This document shows positions 1-12,975 of a stretch of 64,000 bases of DNA, in pieces. The position numbers were made by a program, and so were the translations under genes. The notes under the pieces are model-generated. The model saw nothing but the letters and a program-made list of their open reading frames with translations. It was not told where the DNA came from and ran no database searches. Positions within the stretch are counted from its first letter, which is position 1, and each line of letters starts with the position of its first letter. The stretch comes from Lingula anatina (lineage: Eukaryota; Animalia; Brachiopoda), in contig CM120645.1 of assembly GCA_051362555.1 (NCBI GenBank), positions 7,502,001-7,566,000 on the forward strand, in the 5' to 3' direction.

Positions 1-1
1 A

Positions 2-160
2 GCTAAAGAGGATGACCAATCTGGACTGAGTAATGCAGGAGTGGAGGATGCTTTGACTTCTCCTCTCACCACACCTAAAAGAAGGAAGAAAAAGAAGTCA
101 GCACGGTCTGTGGCTAGTGCTAGCTTAGGGAAAGAAGGTGGAGCACAAGAAAATAATTAG
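2..160 (+). CDS. Terminal coding exon (partial) of an upstream gene; basic NLS-like C-terminus
   Basis: Frame 2 is open from the window edge to TAG at 158-160: AKEDDQSGLSNAGVEDALTSPLTTPKRRKKKKSARSVASASLGKEGGAQENN*. It is purine-rich and coding-like, followed by an abrupt switch to AT-rich UTR-like sequence. The gene cannot be identified. Confidence 0.6.
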   Translation, partial: AKEDDQSGLSNAGVEDALTSPLTTPKRRKKKKSARSVASASLGKEGGAQENN

Positions 161-1841
161 CTCTGTCTTTTCCAATTAAGGCTTATTATCAAGTGGTTTG
201 CTTATTGCAACTGTGTAAATATGTAGAATACTCACTACTACATTGCCAAAATCCAACAGTAAAAAACCACAAAGTTTTTTTTGTACATGTACTAATTGAT
301 TGTATGTACATATTTTTTATATACAAGTACTGTGTAAAAACATAAAACAGTACTTTTTAGGATAACCTTTTAAGAGTTGGTATATACTATTATATTACAT
401 GAGAGTTTTTTAGAAATGTCTTTATGCTATATATGATATATGTTTGGAAGAATGAAATGGGTGCCACTTGCTTAAAAGTGACATAAGAGTAACATTTTTG
501 TACATAACTAAAAAAATATGATATTATAATAATTTTTATTTTAGTCACCTGATTTCATCAGGACTAACTGTGATGTTTTAGATAATCTGTGAAAGTTTCC
601 ATACTACAGAAATATTTTATAAAGAAATCATGAACCAAAACTGTTGATTCACCAAGTGTAGTAAGCTGGTCAACACTTTTCTCATGGAGAATTAGGAGAA
701 AAAAAATTCAAAAATTGAAGATTTTGTGATATGATTTAGCTACAGAGAAATAAATTTAAAAATTGTCAGTAATAAAATGAGAGTGAAAATATTCTTTAAT
801 AAGTTATCATTGTGATGTGAAAGTGACAAACTCTGTGAGCCCTTTGGTTCATTCTTAGTGCAAATAGAACTGTGTAAACTGTGCCTAAGAGATATCTGTC
901 AGATTTATTTTTTGATACAATTCTTTCTTTATACAGATTTAGTTGTAAAATGTTTGCATAATTACTTTAAGAAATGGACCAAAATCAAATGTAAAAGTAA
1001 TGTATCAGGAACATAAACATTAAGTGAGTACATAAATCAGTATTAGGAAATGCTGGTCAGAAATTTTTGTCTTTCAGAATTTTAGATCTCACACATTTAA
1101 TGTTCGCTTTTGCATACTCTTTTATTTTATACATATATTTATTCATTTAGAAGTGAGTAGTATGTACTGGACCAGAGTATTATCTCTTTTGTGATAAAAT
1201 GTCTTAAACCGTCCATTTATCAATGACTGAATGAAGGCTTAAGGAAGAAAGAAAAGAGTTTTGTGTAGAAACCAGACACTCAAGCGAAATTTAAATCATA
1301 TATTAAGTTTTTCATAAAAGAAAAACAAGGGTATTATTCAGCAGAATTGTTTGTTAAATCTTTGTTGAGATAGGCTAAATATAGGAGGAAGAAATTTTAA
1401 TCCGCAGCTTAGATAAATCTTGGCAAACCTGAGATATATTAGACTTTTGTTATTTTATGTACTTGTTAAAACTTCGATCAGTTCTTAAACCAGGAAATAA
1501 GTTCTTACAGTAGTCATATCATATTTATGTCATTTATTGTTTAAGCTTGTATGAGTGTGTGAAAGTTACATACACCAATTTAACATGATGGCACATGCGG
1601 TCAGTGTAAAATAATTCAAATGTATGCTTTCTTTCCATTTTGCCACTATAAAGGAACTGCTGTCATCCTGCCTCTTTTAGATTGAGGTTGTTAAATACGC
1701 ACATTTGTCTTCTGGAAAACCAGCATCATCTCTCTTATTGTGTAAGATACCAGCAGTGTCTGAATGCTATAGAACATGTACCTTGTATATATATATCTGA
1801 TTGCAACTCATTATATTTCAAATTATTGAAAATTCCCAGTG

Positions 1842-1874
<33 letters not shown>

Positions 1875-2285
1875 CACTCTTATAGTTATAAATTAAGGCC
1901 TTTCATTCATATCCATATTCCTACCCCTGCTTTGGATTTTTTTCTTAGTTGTACAAGTATTATGAAGAAACGGGATATGGTTTGTAGCACGTGCTCATTG
2001 TATTTCCCGCTACCCATCTACTCGTGTAACACACATATAAATAGGCTACAGTCATACAGTCATCCATAATGCTTAACTCATTCTGATATAAGGGCCTTAT
2101 ATTAACTGTTTTTCATATATTAAAACTTTTATAGTGCAGCAAATTATGCGCTAAGGGCGTGGGTTGCCAACGTTGTCTTGACCTAGATTTTGGCTTTGTT
2201 TTGCAGTAATGATAAAATGATATATACTTATAAGACAAAATCATTGCCATTGTCTAATGGTGCCCTAATCCATTGTAGAACTCTG

Positions 2286-2291
2286 AATAAA
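2286..2291 (+). terminator. Candidate polyadenylation signal ending a ~2.1 kb 3' UTR
   Basis: AATAAA at 2286-2291 followed ~20 nt later by GU-rich GAGTTTTGTTGCTTT; the upstream stretch is U-rich and visibly CpG-poor. Confidence 0.45.
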
Positions 2292-2628
2292 CATGATGTA
2301 TATTAATACGAGTTTTGTTGCTTTATGGAGGTTTTATCTCAAAATTAGTAGGAGATCAATTATGACAAATTGTTTTAGATAAGGCATTTATTTTGAAACG
2401 GTTTTGATCGAAGTCTCAAGCCAAACACAAAGCGAAATATCTGAAATATGTGCTCAGTAAAGTTGAGATGCCTTTATCCCTCTCTCTCTCTCTAACTCTC
2501 TCACTCATCCGAAGCAAGCATTTGAGTAGTCCATTTGTGTACGTAAATGGAAATATGCACAGAGCTAGATATGATCGATACAACGTAAAATTGATAGTAA
2601 CGTGATTAAGGCCGCAGATGAAGGTAAT

Positions 2629-5600
2629 TTACTCTGCAGAGAAGCAAGTATCTTTACGCGTTATGTTCTCTCTCTGATTTATCAGGTCATTACCATAAAA
2701 GCGACCGTGGAAAAAAAAAAGCAATTCCATACAAAATCGACATAAGAACCACTTTGCAGTAGATTGAACTAATAGCTTTTTTGCATTCTTCATTGCGTAC
2801 CGCCGTCGTGAACGCTCTGTTGATTTCGTTGGCAAGACTTTCAGTATCATTAACCGTGTTTTCTCAGTTCTGTTAATAGCTCCAGTGAACTGATTTTTTT
2901 GTATGGATTTTACAATTCGATGCCCTGTAGTATTTTCAGAAGTTGTATTTGGTTGTTTCCTATATCGATTCATGTTTTGTGTCAATACAGATAGCTGCTG
3001 CACCACTGTATGTCTTGTTCTACAACAGTTACCTTTTTTAATCCGGACACTTTTAAAGCATTGGGTGTATTTGGTTAAGATTAATACTTTTAATTTCTTA
3101 TCATTTGTTTAATTTGTTTCTTAAATCAAAGACTTTGGCATGCGCAACGAATAGGTGGGATTTCCACTTGTTTCCAGCGATGCACGGCTTAATCTTGCAT
3201 CGTAGTATAGGTTATACTCACTGGCTGAACCTTCAGGAAAACAGGTATTTTGTTTGCCATTCCCTGACCCCTATCCCGCAGCGAAAGTATTACCGTAAAT
3301 ATGATGCAATTTGTAGCCTCCATCACTGTTTATCAAAATCTCGGAGAGATCAGTCATTATTTTTCTTTTTCTTCATGTTGGACGTTCATTTTAAAGAAGG
3401 AAACGGAGGAGAGGACTCTCTTGTATCCATCCGCGTGATGGGAATTTCAATTTCCCAACTGTACGAGTTAAGTGGCTTTTTCTGTTACGCAACAAATCTC
3501 ATTTGTTTAAAGGAACATTTGCTGAGCTATTAAATAGCTTTTAGTTGGCTATTATATGGACGCAATGCAAACTTAATTAAATAAGACACACAAAAAGACG
3601 CAAGACTGTCAACGTAGAGCTACCGACTGTATGGATTACATGTAGCTGCAATATTGTCACACAACTTTATAAAATAAAATAAAATAAAATGAAATGAAAT
3701 GAAATAAATAATTTTTCATATCAACAAAACATTACAAAAATATCAATTTAAAATGCAGAAAATCAGCTCTTTTTATCTTTGGGTCTTTGTTTCATTCATT
3801 CTTGCTACTAATTCTATTCAGATTTCAAAACACAAGGTCTTTTAGTATTTTATCAGTAGTGATTGAGGCACACACCCTGTCTGTTGTCCGTCTATACCGG
3901 TATCTCCCTTATTTCATATTTGCTTAAAAATTTGAAATGGGCATGGTAGTTTCTTAATAATCACATTTGCACCAAATTGGGTATCATACATGTATCAGTA
4001 TGTATAAACTCAGGAACAGGGTACCTTGCGCCCAACCCGAGTTTCATAAGGGATTTGCAATTAACTCATACCGCTTCCAGTACGCAGATAGTGAGCATCC
4101 AGTGTACTCTGGAAAGACAGTATGCACCCGGAGAACTGAGAATAACCTACACATATAGATAAACTAGTGTATACATTATGTCTGATTGTTTTCACAGTTG
4201 TTTTTCCTTACGCCCTCGCTTTATTAATACCTTTATACACAATATATCATGCTCCGTTTTCTTGCAACATCCAGCAGCAGGACACTGTATGTATGATTCA
4301 CGTGAAGGTCTATGCTCGTTCCTCAAAAGAGTTGCTGAAATTAAAGCTCGTTATTCTTGTTGAATCTGATGTGTCGCAACATCATTTATACCCCTAAACC
4401 CTCATATCACCACTACTATCAATTAACCACACTTACAAAAGCCGTTTTTAATGTCATATCAAGAAGTAGACGCTTTGTCAGCAATCCTCGTACTTCATTC
4501 CTCTAATATTGATTTAAATGGATAACAACTGTTCATTTTGGCAAAGAAAAAAAAAAAAGGATTTTCCTGGGGAAACCCATATTTTTTTCCATACTTACAT
4601 GCATTTTAATGGTTAATGAATCTGTTCCGACGTTTAAAATTATTCCACGTTTTTGTTCTAAAAAGTTTTTATGTAATAATCTCTACAGCGGCCAATTGTT
4701 CCACAGGGTAGTAGCCATCTATGGAGGTCACGTGGTCCAATGGCGAGCACAGGTTCCATAAAAATTGCGATAACCGCCGTTTGGTGGTAAAACAGAACTT
4801 ATTATATATTCTGTGAGTTGTTTACAATGTATTTATTGTGAAATATGGATCCCATACGAAGAGTTTCTATCCCTTTATGCATTTGTTATTGAAACCGCTT
4901 CTAATTCAGCCTGAATTATGCTGTACTTATACCACTCAATAACACTAGTGCCACACATACAAATCCTTCTTAGCACCAAATGCCCTCCATGCTCGAATAC
5001 CGGGCATATCGTTTGAGACACCTACGTACCATTAACTTGTGCTAATTTCCTGAACGATTATCTAACTGACAAGTTATTAATTAGAGCAAATGGAAGCTCG
5101 TGACCTTATGGAATATTTTCAGAAAATTATTCCCCTTCTGCAGTCATATACATGTAATATCTTCTTTTGATCGTGTGTTCTACTTGTTTATCAAATGCAC
5201 CGTAATATCCTCCTTTTATGAGTCAACAATCAAGTGCCTTACGTTAATTTGCTGACATTTCACCTCAATAAGTTGGGATATATTCTGGAAATGTCGACTA
5301 TTTTGTTTTTATCCACTAGGAGATCTAAAATGCTGTACTATTACGTCCCTGGGTCAAGTATCAAATGCTAAGCCTGATATTCATGTGTTGACATTTTATC
5401 TTAACAAGTTGCAGCAAATGGGTAAATTCTGGAAATGTCTGGCTTTTGGCACATATTCAACGTTTTATTATGGAATTTTGTAAGTTTGTTGAGTAAACTG
5501 TGGAAAAGAAATGTAATGTCCGATACCTGGAAATACCATTTAGACGTTTTCTGGGCCAACTTTTGTTGAAAATCGCTACACAGTGGAAGGAGTCCCCACA

Positions 5601-8128
5601 TAACATGCAAACAAACTTGCATTTTTAAGAGCCCCTTAAGCAAAAAAAAAAAAAAATAAGCAGTAAGCAGCACATGAGATACTGGATGTGTAATAGAAAA
5701 AGGGCGGAAAACATCTAATCAGACTCTTGAATTAATAAAAAAAAGCATGTATTTGTGATGATTCCAATTTTCCTCTTAATACTTGCGCAATGAAATAGCA
5801 AGAGAAAATTCTGGCAAGAGAAGGAATTCTGGGTTTTGGTGAATACTGGCCACAAGCATCTAAACGGACTCCGTATTTACCAAGCTCCAAAGGTTCTTGA
5901 AGATGTCAAGGTCATGGTCAAGGTCATATCTTCAGCTGGTTTTATGATACCAGAAAATAAGTAATGCCAGACTGTAAAACAACCTTTTCTTCGTGTCTAT
6001 CTAGTATCAATAAAAGTTCTTAAAAGCATGTACTTAAGAAGTTGTGGCAATATAAAGATTTATACTCAAAATGCGAAAATACCAACTAAAATTACCAAGT
6101 GCACGCAAGATAGGAAACACAAACTAGTAGTACAGGTATGATGAAACTACTTTGTCCGTTTAACTTTTTTTCTGAAATTTTCTGAAATGTGTACTTGAGT
6201 TAAGATAACGACTTAACAAAGGGACACACCTGGTCATAATGTCAAGCGCCAGGCCCCCGGGGGCTTGATAAATTTAGATTGTTGGTAACTCAGAATGCCG
6301 TGTTGACGATTTAATTTTCATTATTTGGAAATGACCATGCGTCAGGTGTTAGTTAACAAGTCGGTTTTCAGGTGGCTGGAAAGTAATTCCAGTGTTAGAA
6401 AAGCTGCAGGGCATGGGTCGGAGGTAAGTAATCGGAGTAACACCAGGTGAAAAGGTTCTGCTTTCTATTTGAGCGCAGCGTAAAGAAAAGAAACAATTTA
6501 CTTAAGGCAAATTGTTTCCAACTGCTGATTGCCTGTGAATGGTAACGTGAGCCGGTGATTAATGAATGTATTAATGTTCAACGCACTTGGACAGTATAGC
6601 CCTGAATTAACTGCAATTCGGTATTTCTTTGCTCCAACTAAGTACAAGTGAACTGAATTTTTTTTCTCACACGCAGGTGTAAATGAAACGTTTGCTAAAG
6701 ATGTTATTGTCAATGAAACGTTAAAATTGGCTCATCCCTTTGCCCCCCCTCCCTAATTCCAGTAGAATATATCTACCAGGGCAAACCATGCAAAGGTACA
6801 TCTAACCATCTGTATAACTTCGTAGGCGGTGTGCATATCTAGGAGAACTGTTATTTGTATGCTCATTAACCCCCCTGTATCTTGTTTCTATCTTTCATTA
6901 CTTACCGTCAATTAACTTTTCATCAGGTGTGGAAATTGCAGCGAGGATTACAGGGATACGCACCTGTATTAACCCTTTGGATACGCGGTCAAATCAGACT
7001 TTAATGTATATATATCTGAGTATACTAGCCGTTGCCGTTGGTGTAAAAGAACTGGTATTTTGATTGCTCTGTAATGTAAATTAGGGTGGTCTGACCATTA
7101 ACAGTATTAAGCCCAAGGTGATGATTATTACAGCCAAGGTATACGGAGGCAGAATCGCAGGGTGCCCATTGCCAGCTTTATCCAGTGTTGATTTTACTGC
7201 CTGTCTGGAAAATTTCCTTGAAACTTTAGAAAGATACTCTGCTCAGCGGGATTTAGATAAGAAGCGCTTTTTAAACTTCTTTTCGCCTCTGGGTTTAAAC
7301 TGTGATGACATGTTCTCCATGTTAAACCCGCCGTGGTAGATAAGAGATATTACTTTCATGTTGTAAGTTGGATTGAAGTGGAATCTATTTTGATAATAAA
7401 TTAAAAGATCAGTCATACCCTAGCTCAAAACGTATCAAAACGTTTTTTTCGTTCTAATGCAACATTTTTGCGAACTTCTCTTGTCACGACTGATACTCCA
7501 CAAGGAACACGTTAATTGTTTTGGGGTAGATAAAGTGTGTTTCATTAAACAGAATTAGTGCTACATGCACTAGGTGCACTTGTCTCTCCTTTCAAATTCT
7601 GTTTTCACTGTGCATCAAGCATAAAGCAATCACAGAGGAACAGCACTTCCATGCAGCAATGGTTCATTTTTCTCCTTGTTGGAACCAATTGCCTTTCGCC
7701 CAGGGATCCTTTGAACTTTAAGCGAACTGCAGGAATGCCACCGAGAGATATTACTTATTGCCGTTTAGCAAGAGATGGTAATTTCACTTTGATAAAAGAA
7801 TAATAATCTAGCGCAGCTATTATAAATGTGTAACATTTGGTACTTAATCTTCCTAGGAAATTCTGTTTTTCTTTTGTCAGATGAGAAAAACGAGTTTTAA
7901 GTTTTGTTTCAGAAAAAAAAAGAATGTTCCATAATATGTGTAAAGGTTAATTTGGTCTGGACATCTAACTTGGCATCGTGATACTTTTGAAAATGTAATG
8001 ATGATAAAAAGGGTGTGTTAATGCCTATAAAAAGATGGACATATCTGAAAAAAAATTTGTTAAAAACTCTTGGGTGGGTGGGGGGGGGGGGTTGATCGAC
8101 ATAGACGATTTCTTGGTCTGATACTAGC

Positions 8129-8177
<49 letters not shown>

Positions 8178-9850
8178 TTTATTTGAAACAGTGCAAAGAT
8201 GTCGAGGCTTTTAAGGATAAATTTATTCCTTGTAATAAAACAGGTAAATTATTTCACCTTTCAAATAAGGAGAAAGCTGTGGCTAACGCTTCAGGCGAAT
8301 ACTTCATTTAAGTATCCTAATGTGGATTAATCCTTAATTGAAATAGATAACGGTTTGGCCGTAAAGTTTAGAACAGTTTACGAAAGACCTGTTGTTAAGG
8401 TCCACTAAATGCATGTGTTGAAATCACTCATTTACATATTATGTTTATACTTGTAATCAGTCAGCATATTATCATTCACCTTACTTCAGTCTTGAATGAA
8501 TATTTATCATCCTCTGTATAGGTATACCTGATAAGTAGAACTGATATAACTTAAAAGTAGAAGCCCTCAATTGTTATCTATTGCATTGCAATTAGTATTT
8601 AAATGAGTTGCTGCCACTGTGGCATGCAGATAGATTCTCGGGAGATAGTGTGTATAAAGGCTGAATGCTTGGACTTAATAAAGGACTTTTAGACTTGGAA
8701 CTGAATATGTGAGTCTGTGGTTATATTCCCTCTCCCATGCATCAGTGACAGGTAAAATATTAGAAGAACCTGCGTAGGGTGGAACATGGACCCCTACACT
8801 GTACATAATGCAGCAATAATCTTTTATTTTGATATTTGACAAATTATCATGCATACAATAAATGTCACCCGATGTTCTCTGTATTAACCAGCAATAAAAC
8901 TGCTGTTAATTTTGTACAATATGTTCATAAAAATTTTCCTAAGAACTCCTTTCCTTGTAAACCTGAAAATTCTACGTGAACAGTTTTCTTAAACGCGCCT
9001 TGTATAATTTATAACATGAAATAACGTTCTTTTATTTAATTAATAAACGAATACTGCAATCTTACAAATTGTAACACAATTACTAGAACATGGGATTGAG
9101 TGGCCATTCTATTGCAATCTACGGAAAGGTACATTAACTAGCAAAAATGAATTTTTCAAGGAAAATGCGATCGAAACTCATGCACTTGGTGGGTGGCGTA
9201 CCTTTATATCCAAAGTATATTCTATTAGTTATCCTATCAGTAACGGAAAACCACGCCCACCATCAGAGGGTTAAACTAAATGTAAGGCATCTGTCAAGAC
9301 ATTTTTGTCAGCAAGAAGCATGTCCGATTCTGAAAGCGTGCTTTTTTCACCCCCAAATGAATTTCAGTTTTTTTTTCCTATTTACCAGAGAGATTAAACC
9401 ATAAAGGAAAAATCAATAGCCTACATGGTTAGAAGGATTGGTCTGTCACTTCTCATTACTTGTTACCCCGCCTTCGAAGATATAATCATCAAATATGTCC
9501 CATATTGAAGATTTTATCTTAAATGCCAATCAAACCTTTTTCGGTATGTTTCTCCACGTAATTATGGTGATTTTAAAGGCATATTTTGGACATATGTTTT
9601 ACTTCATATATGTATCAGCACTTGACGTATTGTAATTCGAGATTTTCAACTACTGTAGCGCTGACATAGAATGCTACACGAATCCTCCCTCTAGTATCGT
9701 TGGATTTTTGGCACGTCAAAACCTGTTTCTGTTGCATCGCAAATGCCGATGATCAATTATTTACCTGAGTTTTATTAGCTTCGGAATACCAGTAATAGAG
9801 TTCCACTTACTGCTGATATGCTTCTCAAAAGGCACTTGGTATATTGGCAT
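2629..9850 (-). pseudogene. Decayed LRR/TIR-like (TLR-type) receptor remnant(s)
   Basis: Hand translation of the minus strand gives broken LRR-like phrases: VENLELQY and PKYAF (~9.57-9.66 kb), ESNISYLPRRV* (~7.33-7.36 kb), DITFLFHSLLNKLTK..LNMCQ..ISRIYPFA (ORF 5401-5673), STFQNISQLIEV/MSAN (~5.25-5.30 kb). A TIR-like VLPTKS..AMKNAKKLLVQSTAKWFLCRFCME lies in ORF 2629-3006. Many stops and frameshifts. Confidence 0.4.
8128..8176. repeat. (AAT)n microsatellite
   Basis: Directly visible. Others: poly-T ~1842-1869, (GA)n ~14711-14753, (ATCT)n ~37219-37261, (AAAC)n ~44953-44993. Confidence 0.95.
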
Positions 9851-10914
9851 ATGCCTAATGAGAAAAAAGGGAGCATAGCTTCTTTAAAGCGGGAGGGAGA
9901 GGGGGGCAGGCGGCAAAAAAGCAAAGGAATTAGGCTGGAGAAGAGGGGTCCCGTCCTTCAGTTTCAGTGAGGAAATGTGCTGAGCTAAAACGCAAATGAA
10001 TACCAAGAATATGCCATCTTCCAGTTTTCTCAACCAATCTTGAACGCAGAAGTAAACGGGGTTGAGGGGGTGAGGTGGCTTGGGGTTGGGGATGTGCATG
10101 TGTGTGTGTGGGGGGGGGGGGGGGGAGGGAGGGGGGGGGGCATCCGTTAGTATAAATGCACCGTAGATGGAGTTCCGAATGCCAAGCGTATCGCGAATTA
10201 TTTTCGAACTTATATCTCCTCCCACACCATGTGTTATTGTACTTCAACATCCCGTCTTCAGCGGCGGCTGTATGGTGGATACTTATTTAATAACTGAAAT
10301 TGCATGTACAATGTTAAGTGTTGATAAAAAGCATTTGTATGTAGCTAATATCACTTTTTAATACAAAAAAGTTTATGCTGTCGGTTAAATGTAAATGAAA
10401 CACGTGTCACTGTCAACAAGAGTCAAACTGTTGCGAAAAAGAATTTTGTTGCCAACCAAGTTCCAACAGTAAAATCACATTCTAGTGCGTGTTTTACAAC
10501 TGCGTCGACTCTTCATGAACGTCATGTACGCATGACTCAACATATAAAATAAAACAAAGCTCATTTTCATTTTCTTTTACTTATTCCCCTTTTCACCATC
10601 TCCATTTAAAGGTGTTATTCACGCTCTACTGAAGACATATTATTATACAAACATCTTATGTAGATTTTCATAAAAATAAAATAAAGCCACCAGCTTGCTT
10701 TCATTTTCCCTCTTAAATTTCATCACAAATAAGCAAACACTGGCATAGGAAGTAGTAAAACGACAATTATAAGTCACAACACTGCATCATTGGTCATAAG
10801 GCAATATAGTTTTTTCTCTTGTTCCTTTTTCCAAAACTTTTTTCAAAACAACCCCTTATAAGACACGTTAAAAGTTTAATGGCACTTTTCTGTGGTTCAT
10901 TTTTTGCTTGGAAG

Positions 10915-12381
10915 TCACTCGGCTGTGCCATTTCCCCCAGTGCCGGAACCGCGAGTAAAAAAACATCTCAATTTTTCCCACTTTCTGGTGGGCGTGGTCG
11001 GATGTGACGTCGACAGTTTCTGGTGTGACATCACTGTCAAAGTGAGCTGGTCAGCGTCATGCGTGAGGTCATACGTCTCCTGTTGCATCATCCCCTCCGT
11101 ACGAACGCCATTAATCGTGAGAATTTCGTCTCCGAGATTCAACCCAGTGTCTTTCGCGTACGCAGACAGTTTTACTACTCGCATTGGTTTCGTACGGTCG
11201 TTAGCGGCAGCCACTGTGATCCCAAATGACCGGCTTGCGTCCCTAAGTATTCTGACAGTTTTTAAATACAAGCTATTCATAAACTTTCTGGAATCGATCA
11301 AATCGCTGGGGGGCTCTGCTGAGGACGTAAGTATCTTTTTATAACACACGGCTGTGTGGCCGCAGAGGAGTCTTATCTCTCTCTCTAAAAGATCGATCTT
11401 TGCCGGTTGGAATTCGACCTGCACCGCGGCATCAATGGCTTTGACCGTCGATAAGTTGATAAGCCGATGGCGCATCTGCTGAATCTTCTGGGACAGCTCC
11501 TCAGGCGAATTGAAGTCCTGATAACTTAATCTCCTTGCCGCCTGGTAGGCATCGCTGCCCTCGGCGTTGTCGAGTTTCTCTTCGATATCATCTATTCGTC
11601 TCTCCCATTCCTCTAATTCTTTCGTGTGCGCGCACTCAATCTCCTGCATGAGGTCTTTTTCGATATCCTCTAGCGTTCTTTTCATGGTCTGAATCCGCTT
11701 CATTACCGACTTTGTCGCAGCGGTTATTGAGGTTTCCATAACCCGACTTGTTTCTAAATATCGATCTCGCAGTTCTTGCACATTTTCAACTTTGTCCCGT
11801 AGTTGTGTGCTCAGTTTATCAAATTCCGTCTTGAGGTCGTCCATTGCTTGCCGCTTTTTAAGACTGACAAAAACGTGCCCTATATGCGAATCAATACAGT
11901 CCGCACACAAACTGACCTGGCATTGGTGACAAAATAGGGTCAAGCGATCTTCATGGCCGCACGAGGCATACTGCCGCCCTCTACAGTTTGTTCGATAATA
12001 GGAATTATGACCACTATTATTGGTAACAACCGGTTTTGATAGGCCACGAGCGCTGGAATCATCACCTTTGTTTTCAGCTGATTTTTCAGAAATGCTCCTC
12101 CACACCATTCTCTCCTGTAGGCCCTGCACAGCGAAATTTGTGGCGAATTCCTCCACTCCGTTTCTGGGGTAGGGGGTCTCCTTTCTACACCATGGGCAAG
12201 GGAATCGCGTCAGGTGCTTTGGGGAGGATTTGTTTGACTGAATCCATTGTTCCAGACAGGTCTTGCAATATGTGTGTCCGCAGGGTAGAACCTTGGGTTG
12301 CTTGTAAATCTCCTGGCATATCGGGCACGCCAGTTCGTCTGGTGTTGTTTTACGAACCGGTCTTGAGCCAACGCCAGCCAT
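10915..12381 (-). CDS. TRIM-like E3 ligase: RING (C3HC4) + B-box2 + coiled coil + C-terminal PDZ; coding region intronless, 488 aa
   Basis: RING CPIC..CGHTYCKTC..CPWC followed by the TRIM-typical NFAVQGL; B-box CGH..CHQC..CADC..H..H; ~150 aa charged helical region; PDZ-like KTVRILRDASRSFGITV..AKDTGLNLGDEILTING..QLTLTV (~11030-11265). Uninterrupted ORF, richer in GC than its flanks. Confidence 0.9.
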   Translation of the reverse strand: MAGVGSRPVRKTTPDELACPICQEIYKQPKVLPCGHTYCKTCLEQWIQSNKSSPKHLTRFPCPWCRKETPYPRNGVEEFATNFAVQGLQERMVWRSISEKSAENKGDDSSARGLSKPVVTNNSGHNSYYRTNCRGRQYASCGHEDRLTLFCHQCQVSLCADCIDSHIGHVFVSLKKRQAMDDLKTEFDKLSTQLRDKVENVQELRDRYLETSRVMETSITAATKSVMKRIQTMKRTLEDIEKDLMQEIECAHTKELEEWERRIDDIEEKLDNAEGSDAYQAARRLSYQDFNSPEELSQKIQQMRHRLINLSTVKAIDAAVQVEFQPAKIDLLEREIRLLCGHTAVCYKKILTSSAEPPSDLIDSRKFMNSLYLKTVRILRDASRSFGITVAAANDRTKPMRVVKLSAYAKDTGLNLGDEILTINGVRTEGMMQQETYDLTHDADQLTLTVMSHQKLSTSHPTTPTRKWEKLRCFFTRGSGTGGNGTAE

Positions 12382-12975
12382 TGATACGGTATCTATACAC
12401 TGCGCAACTTTGCAAAATCAGCCCCGACATCTATCATTGCATTACGGGCAATGCTACTATTTGTGTCACTAAGCGCAGCAAATAGAAATGCTGAAATGCA
12501 GAAAATAGAATCTCTGATGTTCAGGTACTCGAAACGCGTTGTTGAGTGAGTGCAAGCCGGCGCAGCAACTGCTTGGAAACTAGGCTTTTATGCGGAGTAC
12601 GTTAATCTGATTCAGCGAATTTCTTTAGTCCAGGCTTCTAGCTAATGGCAATCATTCATGACAATAGCCAGGCGTGCACCGAGCACAGTGCAGATGTGTC
12701 GTACATGTGGTATTAGTATATGCTAATGTGCATATCAGCTGTTCTTTTAGTGTATTACTTACTGCTCACCGAGGAAATGTTCATTGTAAGTACTGGGTGT
12801 GACATCAACCAATTGAAGAAGCTACATGTATCTATGTTCATGGGCTTCGATGGTGATACGTTGTCCTTTGTAGCAAAGAAATCGGTTAAAAAACGTAAAA
12901 TGCACAAAGGTAAGTAATGTGCGGAGTCCGTTTACGTCGCTGCTAGTAGATCTTTCTTCATCCCGAGGCTATAGA

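Noticed and set aside
5690-6270. Repeat-like segment with ggtcaaggtca motifs, resembling a nuclear-receptor element
   Set aside because: Single copy in the window and looks like a common invertebrate interspersed repeat; neither boundaries nor function can be supported.
9884-10250. Proline-rich ORFs
   Set aside because: Produced by poly-G and (GT)n low-complexity tracts.
10819-12485. + strand ORFs 10819-11007, 10892-11344 and 12036-12485
   Set aside because: Antisense shadows of the TRIM-PDZ CDS with no recognisable domain.
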